DNA from: Actinobacteria bacterium UBA7524
GTDB lineage: Bacteria > Actinomycetota > Coriobacteriia > Anaerosomatales > UBA912
DNA length: 20,000 nt
Assembly (NCBI GenBank): GCA_002478275.1
Contig: DLMY01000059.1
Span: 53,467-73,466, forward strand
Reading direction: 5' to 3'
Under the pieces are notes generated by a model, which did no database searches, was not told the origin of the DNA, and worked only from the letters and a program-made list of their open reading frames with translations. The stretch's first letter is position 1, and every line of letters starts with the position of its first letter. Positions 14,440 to 20,000 of this stretch are shown piece after piece. The position numbers and the translations under genes are program-made.

Positions 14440-16950
14440 CTACTCTGCGATCGCCGACTGCACCACCTCGGTCCACTCGGCTGCGATACGCTCAAGGGTT
14501 TCCTCGGAATCGCCCTCTACATAGAGCTTCACGAGGGGCTCGCGCGAGTGCGGCAGCACGAGCATCCAGCCACCATCGACATCGGCCCGCACGCCCTCGG
14601 TCATATCGACCTGCTGCATCCCGGCGGTCGCCTCGGTCACGGTGCGCATGACCGCGCCCTTCCTGCCGACCGGGCAGAACACATCGACCTCACGCGTGTA
14701 GTACGGCGGCAGCGAGTCGACGACCTCGTCGAGCGTCCGGCCGTCGGTAGCGAGCATACGGCTGATCGAGCCGAGCGCCATGATCGCGTCGTAACCGGCC
14801 AGGAAGTCGGTGAACATGTAGCCGCCGTTGAGCCCTCCGGCGAATCCGATCTCGCCTTTGGTCGCCAGAGCCGCCATCGAGCGGCGAGCACGTCCGGGCC
14901 GATAGACCACCTTGCGGCCCGAGGCTGCAGCGATCTCCTCGACCACACGAGAGGCCGCGAGCGGCACGGCGATAGGCAGGCCCTTGGCATCGGTGCGGCA
15001 CCACAGGTCGACCATCGTGTAGAGAGATTCCTCGCCGTCAAGTATGCGCCCGCTGCTGGTGACCAGGCTCAAGCGCTCTCCCGAGGAGTCGAACCGCACG
15101 CCGAAGTCCGCCTGGAACATCCCAATCGAATGCAGCAGCTGATCGAAGTCCGCTTGCATGCCGTTCGTCAGGAGCGGCGTGGTGCGCTCGGCGTCGACGA
15201 ACGGGTTGAGCATCACGAGATCGACGTGCCATGCCGAGGCCACCTGCGGCAGGATGACCGATGCCACACCGTTCGCCACGTCCGCGACCACCTTGAGGTC
15301 ACGCTCGCTGTAAGACTGCACCTCCAGCGCCTGCTCGAGGCCGGTCGCATAGTACTCGATCGCACGCGGAGGATAGATGATGTCGCCGACCTCGGAGAAG
15401 AACGCACGACGGAACTCGCCCCGGAAGTAGAGTCGTTCGATCTTCTTCTCCTCCCAGGGCGCGACATCCAGTCCGGCCTTGTCGTAGAAGAAGATCTCAA
15501 GCGCCTGAGTGTCACTCGGCGACTGGCACACGTGCACGCCACCGACGCAGCGCGTATCGCGGGTCGTCAGCCGGTTGATCGCAGGCGAAGCCACGCGCAG
15601 ATCGCGCACGTTGCAGCCCGCCGAGTTCAACCCCGCCACCATCGCCCGCTTGACCATCCTCGACGCCCTGCTGGAATCACGGCTCACGATCACGTGCGCG
15701 CCCTTCGGCAACAGCGAGCCGAACGCCTGCGCGGCCCGAAGCGCGAGTTCCGGCGAGATGTCCACGCCGACGATACCGCTGATGCCGAAGTCACCGAACA
15801 GACTGCGTACTCCGGTGCTCTCCCAGATGAGCGACTCGCTGACCGTTGCGGCCGGCTCGACGCGCTTGTACGGGTAGATCTCGACCCCGGCGCCCACATG
15901 CGCGCCCTTGTCGATCATCACCTCATCGCCGATCACAGCGCCCATGGCCACGGACGCACGCGTCCTGACATCCACGCGCCTGCACAACACCGCGCCGCTC
16001 ACGCTCGCGTTCTTGCCCACGAACGAGTCACTCCACAGTATCGAGTGCGTCACACTCGCGTCGTTGCCGACCACGCAGTTATCGCCCAGCACGGTGTAGT
16101 CTCCGATACGCGCCCCGGCCCGAACCGTCACGTTGCGCCCGATCAGTACGCCGATACCGATCTCGGCCGAGGGGTCCACCTCTGCCCCTTCACACACCCA
16201 CAGCCCATCTCGCGCCTGCACGCCGGGTACGAACACCCTCGCCTTCCCGTCGAACACATCGCGATGCGCCTGCACGTACGTCTCCGGACTGCCCACGTCG
16301 CACCAGTACCCGTCGCACGGGCATCCGTACAACTCGAATCCCAATTCCATCAGCCGAGGAAACAACTCGCTGGAGAAGTCGAACGGCCTGTCGTCAGGGA
16401 TGTGCTCGAAGACCACCGGCTCCATCACGTAGATGCCGGTGTTGATGGTGTCGGAAAAGACCTGCCCCCACGAGGGTTTCTCCAGGAATCGCTCGATCTT
16501 GCCCTGCTCGTCGGTGATGACCACACCGAAGTCCAGCGGATCGGGCACGCTCTTGAGCGCGATGGTGACCGTGGCTTCGCGCCGCTTGTGAAACTCGATC
16601 ACCTCGGTCAGGTCGATATCGGTGAGTGCGTCACCAGAGATCACCACGAAGGGCTCATCGCCGATGAGCGACTGTGCGTTCTTCACCGAGCCGGCGGTGC
16701 CCAAAGGCGTCTCTTCGAGCGCGTAGGACATGTTCATGCCCCACTCTTCGCCACCGCCGAAGTAGTCCTCTATGACCTGGGGCATGAAGGCCAGTGTGGC
16801 AACCACGTCTTTGATGCCGTGGTGCCGTACCAGACCGACTATGTGTTCCATAACGGGCTGATTGAATATCGGTACCATCGGTTTGGGACGCAGACTCGTC
16901 AGTGGCCTGAGCCGCGTGCCCTCTCCCCCCGCCATCACGACCGCCTTCAT
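14440..16950 (-). CDS. Mannose-1-phosphate guanylyltransferase-like nucleotidyltransferase with left-handed beta-helix and a degenerate phosphomannomutase-like C-terminal half, 836 aa
   Basis: [18 protein letters not shown]...[28 protein letters not shown] and YWCDVG; hexapeptide repeats; then LFG..GISG, VSRD and C-terminal EGVR.....GWMLVLP...EP as in PGM/PMM folds. Confidence 0.92.
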   Translation of the reverse strand: MKAVVMAGGEGTRLRPLTSLRPKPMVPIFNQPVMEHIVGLVRHHGIKDVVATLAFMPQVIEDYFGGGEEWGMNMSYALEETPLGTAGSVKNAQSLIGDEPFVVISGDALTDIDLTEVIEFHKRREATVTIALKSVPDPLDFGVVITDEQGKIERFLEKPSWGQVFSDTINTGIYVMEPVVFEHIPDDRPFDFSSELFPRLMELGFELYGCPCDGYWCDVGSPETYVQAHRDVFDGKARVFVPGVQARDGLWVCEGAEVDPSAEIGIGVLIGRNVTVRAGARIGDYTVLGDNCVVGNDASVTHSILWSDSFVGKNASVSGAVLCRRVDVRTRASVAMGAVIGDEVMIDKGAHVGAGVEIYPYKRVEPAATVSESLIWESTGVRSLFGDFGISGIVGVDISPELALRAAQAFGSLLPKGAHVIVSRDSSRASRMVKRAMVAGLNSAGCNVRDLRVASPAINRLTTRDTRCVGGVHVCQSPSDTQALEIFFYDKAGLDVAPWEEKKIERLYFRGEFRRAFFSEVGDIIYPPRAIEYYATGLEQALEVQSYSERDLKVVADVANGVASVILPQVASAWHVDLVMLNPFVDAERTTPLLTNGMQADFDQLLHSIGMFQADFGVRFDSSGERLSLVTSSGRILDGEESLYTMVDLWCRTDAKGLPIAVPLAASRVVEEIAAASGRKVVYRPGRARRSMAALATKGEIGFAGGLNGGYMFTDFLAGYDAIMALGSISRMLATDGRTLDEVVDSLPPYYTREVDVFCPVGRKGAVMRTVTEATAGMQQVDMTEGVRADVDGGWMLVLPHSREPLVKLYVEGDSEETLERIAAEWTEVVQSAIAE

Positions 16951-16977
16951 GACTCTCCCCTCGATCGTCCCGGTCCT

Positions 16978-17628
16978 CTACCCGCCTCCCGGCGCCCCCG
17001 CTATCGCCCTCCGGGCATGTATCGTGTACTGCGCCGCCGCCGAGACCGACAGCGCGATCCCAACATACGCGAACCAGATCCCGGCCGCGACGGCCTGCCC
17101 GCCGAACCCCGGCAGCCATCCGGAGTCGACCATCCCCAGACCCGGCATCTGCGGCCACCCTGCGATCAACGAGCTGAAGCCCACGAGCAGGACGGCGGTG
17201 GTGAGCTTGCCGGCATACGTCACCGGCAGGATGATCCGATGCCGCTCAAGTACATACGCGCCGTAGAGCAGGTACACATCACGCAACACCAGCACGACGG
17301 GCACCCACAACGGCAGCTCACCGATCAGATACAGCCCGACCACGCCGCTCGCGAGCAGCAGCCGGTCCACTAGCGGGTCCACGATCTTGCCGAACTGGGT
17401 GACGGTGTTGGTCCGGCGCGCGATCTGCCCGTCCAACCAGTCGGTCGACGCAGCAATCGCGTAGATGAGGAACGCAGCGAGTCTTGAGCGCTCCCCCTCT
17501 CCTCCAACGAGCACGGTGAAGAAGAACGGCACCATGAGCAGTCGAACGATGGTGACGAGGTTCGCCACCGAGTAGATCGTGTGGTGAACCTCCTCCCGAT
17601 CCGGCTGGGCAGCGCGCTCTTCTACCAC
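16978..17628 (-). CDS. CDP-alcohol phosphatidyltransferase (PgsA or eukaryote-type cardiolipin synthase-like), 216 aa
   Basis: Start corrected to GTG at 17628 (RBS AAGGAGG, overlapping the corA end). ANLVTIVRL and the signature DxxDGxxAR...GxxxDxxxD (TDWLDGQIARRTNTVTQFGKIVDPLVDR). Confidence 0.92.
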   Translation of the reverse strand: MVEERAAQPDREEVHHTIYSVANLVTIVRLLMVPFFFTVLVGGEGERSRLAAFLIYAIAASTDWLDGQIARRTNTVTQFGKIVDPLVDRLLLASGVVGLYLIGELPLWVPVVLVLRDVYLLYGAYVLERHRIILPVTYAGKLTTAVLLVGFSSLIAGWPQMPGLGMVDSGWLPGFGGQAVAAGIWFAYVGIALSVSAAAQYTIHARRAIAGAPGGG

Positions 17629-18566
17629 CAGTCCCTCCTTCGGAAGTACCAGACCATGCCGAGTGCGACCGCGCCCATCAGGCCCAGCGCGCCGAAGTAG
17701 CCGAGACGCCACTCGAGCTCGGGCATGAAACGGAAGTTCATACCGTATATGCCCGAGATGAGGGTGAGCGGCATGAAGATCGTCGCCACCACCGTGAGAG
17801 TCTTCATGATCTGGTTCATCCGATTGCTCTGCGCCGAGAGGTATATGTCCATCGTGGTGCTCGCCACTTCACGATACGTGTCGATCTGGTCGGCAACACG
17901 CGCAAGATGATCGCCGATGTCCTGAAAGTACATGTAGGCTTCGGGCTCGACGAACGCCTCAAGGCGCGCAAGGCCGCGCACCACATCGCGCTCCGGACCG
18001 GCCGCCTTATGCAGCGCGACGAGGGCCCTGCGTGCCGCGTACAACCGTTGCAGGTGCTGCGGACGGGCATCGGCGAGCATCAGGTCCTCAAGCGCCTCCA
18101 GTTCGTCGGCGAGCGCGTCAATCGTCGGGAACACCGAGTCGACCGCCTCGTCCAGGATGGCGTGGAGCGTCCACTCGACACCTCGGGACAGGTACTCCTG
18201 CGCATGAGCTGCGACCCGCTCGATCGCGTCCACCTCACCGCGATGGACGGTGATGAGATGCTCCTCGCCGAGGAAGACGTCAATCTCGCCCGCGCCGAGC
18301 CCGCTGCCGTCCACGATATGCGGCACGAGCCAGATGAGGAAGGTGACGTCCGGATACGCGTCCAGCTTCGGCCGCTGCGGGTAGTGCAGGCAGTCCTCGA
18401 GCGCCAGCGGCGGCAGCGGGAACCGCTCGCTGACCGCGCGCAGTGCGTGCTCATCAGGGTCGATGATGTCGATCCACACCGGACCGAGCGGGCGCGCAGG
18501 GACACCGTCGAGACCGTCCGAGCGCAAGACACCATCGGCAATCCAACGGGCGGTGATCCGCGCCAC
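17622..18566 (-). CDS. corA: Magnesium/cobalt transporter CorA
   Basis: WIDI..P, LALEDCL...QRPKLD.Y, YFQDIGDHL, NRMNQIMKTLT...TIFMPLTLISGIYGMNF..MPEL (GMN motif) and two C-terminal TM helices. Confidence 0.96.
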   Translation of the reverse strand: MARITARWIADGVLRSDGLDGVPARPLGPVWIDIIDPDEHALRAVSERFPLPPLALEDCLHYPQRPKLDAYPDVTFLIWLVPHIVDGSGLGAGEIDVFLGEEHLITVHRGEVDAIERVAAHAQEYLSRGVEWTLHAILDEAVDSVFPTIDALADELEALEDLMLADARPQHLQRLYAARRALVALHKAAGPERDVVRGLARLEAFVEPEAYMYFQDIGDHLARVADQIDTYREVASTTMDIYLSAQSNRMNQIMKTLTVVATIFMPLTLISGIYGMNFRFMPELEWRLGYFGALGLMGAVALGMVWYFRRRDWW

Positions 18567-18632
18567 GGTGATCCTCCCCTCGCCTGCGACACTCTGTTAC
18601 TAGAGGATAGCGCGCCGGAGGCGATGCCGCGC

Positions 18633-19934
18633 CTACCGCGCGTTTGCCTTGGCGCGCAGGAACTCCTCGTAGGTAGCGGTGAACGTCTGCGAACCGTCCT
18701 CACCGGTGAGGACGTAGTACAGGTACTTGGTCTCGGGTGGATTGGCCGCGGCCTCGAGCGCGCGCATACCGGGATTGGAGATCGGACCCACCGGCAGACC
18801 GTCGTGCAGGTACGTGTTGTAGGGGCTCTCGTGCTTGAGGTCATCGTTGGTAAGCGACTGCTTGTTGCCCGGCAGTGTGTAGAGCACAGTCGCACACAGC
18901 TGCAAGCGCATCGGCTTGGCGAGCCGGTTGTAGATGACCGAGGACACCAGCGGGAACTCCTCGGCCAGGCGGCTCTCGCGCTCAAGGATCGACGCGACGA
19001 TGACCACATCGCTGAGGTCCAGGCCCCGGGACTCGGCGAAGGAGAGGTCCAGCTGGGCCACCCGGCGGTCGAACTCATCGAGCATCATCTCGATGACGTC
19101 TTGGGCGGTGGCACCCTCCTGGACACGGTAGGTCGCCGGGAAGAGGTATCCCTCAAGCGAGGAACCGTACGCGCCCTCAAGGTACGGATGCTCGGACGCG
19201 AACTCGCTCGCGCCGGTGCGCACGAGGGCGAGGAGCTCGTCGCGCGACAACCCGGTGCGCTCGGCGATGCGCTCGGCCACCTGCACCGCGGTGAAGCCCT
19301 CGGGTACCGGCACATCCACGTACTTGATCGCCGGGCCCGCCACCAACTGCCCGATGACCTGCTCGAACGTCATGCCGGTGGTCATCTCATACTCGCCGGC
19401 TTTGAGCGTGCCGTCGACACCAGCCTGCCGGGCGTTCCACCGGAACAGGAGCGCGTTGTCGATCACGCCGGATGCGGCAAGCGTTTCCGCGATCGCCGCT
19501 GTAGACGAGCCGGAGTCGATGACGACGGTGACCGGCTCACCCGGAGTGGCCTGCGCGCTGGCATCCGGCCGGTAGAGCACGTAACTGCCGATCGCCGCCG
19601 CCACGACGCCGAGAAGCACGAGCAGTCCGACGACGCCCAGCACGACACGGCCCGCTCCCCCGCGCCCGCCCGATGACCGCCCGACACGTGCGACACGGGA
19701 ACGGGCCGAACCCGTCGAGCGTCTGCCGGAGGAGTGACGGGAGCCCGAGGTGGTCCGGCGTGCCGCGCGGGACCTTCCCGGTTCGCGCGCGTCGTGCGCT
19801 TCCCCGTCCTCGGCGACGTCCGGCGTCCGACTGCGCCGGCGGGGCTGGTCCTCGTCGGGCTGCGCCCGCCGCCGCTCTCGCGATGCGGGAGCCCGCCTGC
19901 TGTGCCGTTCCTGTCTTGAGCGCTCGCCTGTCAC
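18633..19934 (-). CDS. mltG: Endolytic transglycosylase MltG (YceG family)
   Basis: Arg-rich cytoplasmic tail, TM helix, LKAGEY, VPEGFT, LEGYLFPATY, ASILERE (catalytic Glu), SVIYNRL, LQLCATV, SPYNTY...GLP.GPISNPG and YLYYV. Start codon uncertain. Confidence 0.95.
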   Translation of the reverse strand: MTGERSRQERHSRRAPASRERRRAQPDEDQPRRRSRTPDVAEDGEAHDAREPGRSRAARRTTSGSRHSSGRRSTGSARSRVARVGRSSGGRGGAGRVVLGVVGLLVLLGVVAAAIGSYVLYRPDASAQATPGEPVTVVIDSGSSTAAIAETLAASGVIDNALLFRWNARQAGVDGTLKAGEYEMTTGMTFEQVIGQLVAGPAIKYVDVPVPEGFTAVQVAERIAERTGLSRDELLALVRTGASEFASEHPYLEGAYGSSLEGYLFPATYRVQEGATAQDVIEMMLDEFDRRVAQLDLSFAESRGLDLSDVVIVASILERESRLAEEFPLVSSVIYNRLAKPMRLQLCATVLYTLPGNKQSLTNDDLKHESPYNTYLHDGLPVGPISNPGMRALEAAANPPETKYLYYVLTGEDGSQTFTATYEEFLRAKANAR

Positions 19935-19959
19935 GTGCCGCCTTCCACCGATGATGCAA

Positions 19960-19992
19960 GAGGGGCCGCGAACGATTCCGTCCGGGCCCCTC
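19960..19992 (-). terminator. Stem-loop upstream of mltG, probably the terminator of the preceding transcription unit
   Basis: Minus-strand RNA GAGGGGCC-CGGACG-gaau-CGUUCG-c-GGCCCCUC: 14 bp with one G-U pair and a 1-nt bulge, followed by a weak UUGCAU tail. Confidence 0.55.
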
Positions 19993-20000
19993 GCAGTTCC

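Noticed and set aside
14314..17373. 1019-aa plus-strand ORF, and the 589-aa ORF at 17907..19676
   Set aside because: Codon-aligned antisense shadows of well-supported minus-strand genes.
19660..19934. Arg/Ser-rich low-complexity N-terminus of MltG as a separate gene or repeat
   Set aside because: It is in frame with MltG and has no periodic repeat; disordered cytoplasmic tails are common in Gram-positive MltG proteins.
1..20000. Genome-wide TAG reassignment (alternative genetic code)
   Set aside because: TAG ends many genes at their expected C-termini, most tellingly moaD (GG-TAG), gcvH and corA.

Overview
High-GC window of housekeeping and accessory genes, mostly on the minus strand. The gene content suggests an anaerobic actinobacterium, possibly Coriobacteriia-like; this is inferred from an actinobacterial CDP-alcohol transferase / GDP-mannose pyrophosphorylase / DUF881-sbp-DUF881 / gcv synteny combined with a split gcvPA and a tungsten AOR. 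From right to left it holds: mltG, corA, a CDP-alcohol phosphatidyltransferase, an NDP-sugar pyrophosphorylase fused to a degenerate phosphomannomutase, and a lipoprotein. Next is an aldehyde:ferredoxin oxidoreductase (AOR) module with three ubiquitin-like MoaD/ThiS proteins (only one ends in GG) and a ThiF-type E1. Then come DUF881-sbp-DUF881, a VanW/G5 cell-wall gene broken by one in-frame TAG, paaK with an ACT protein, a plus-strand pair (lone type IV pilin and degenerate GGDEF membrane protein), a D,D-carboxypeptidase and gcvT-gcvH-gcvPA. The best leads are the AOR module with its non-canonical ubiquitin-like paralogs, the four-hairpin AOR leader with an anti-Shine-Dalgarno loop, the in-frame amber codon, and the Cys3His pilin paired with a likely c-di-GMP receptor. 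No RNA genes, CRISPR arrays or mobile elements were seen. All calls come from motif recognition by eye; no database searches were run.
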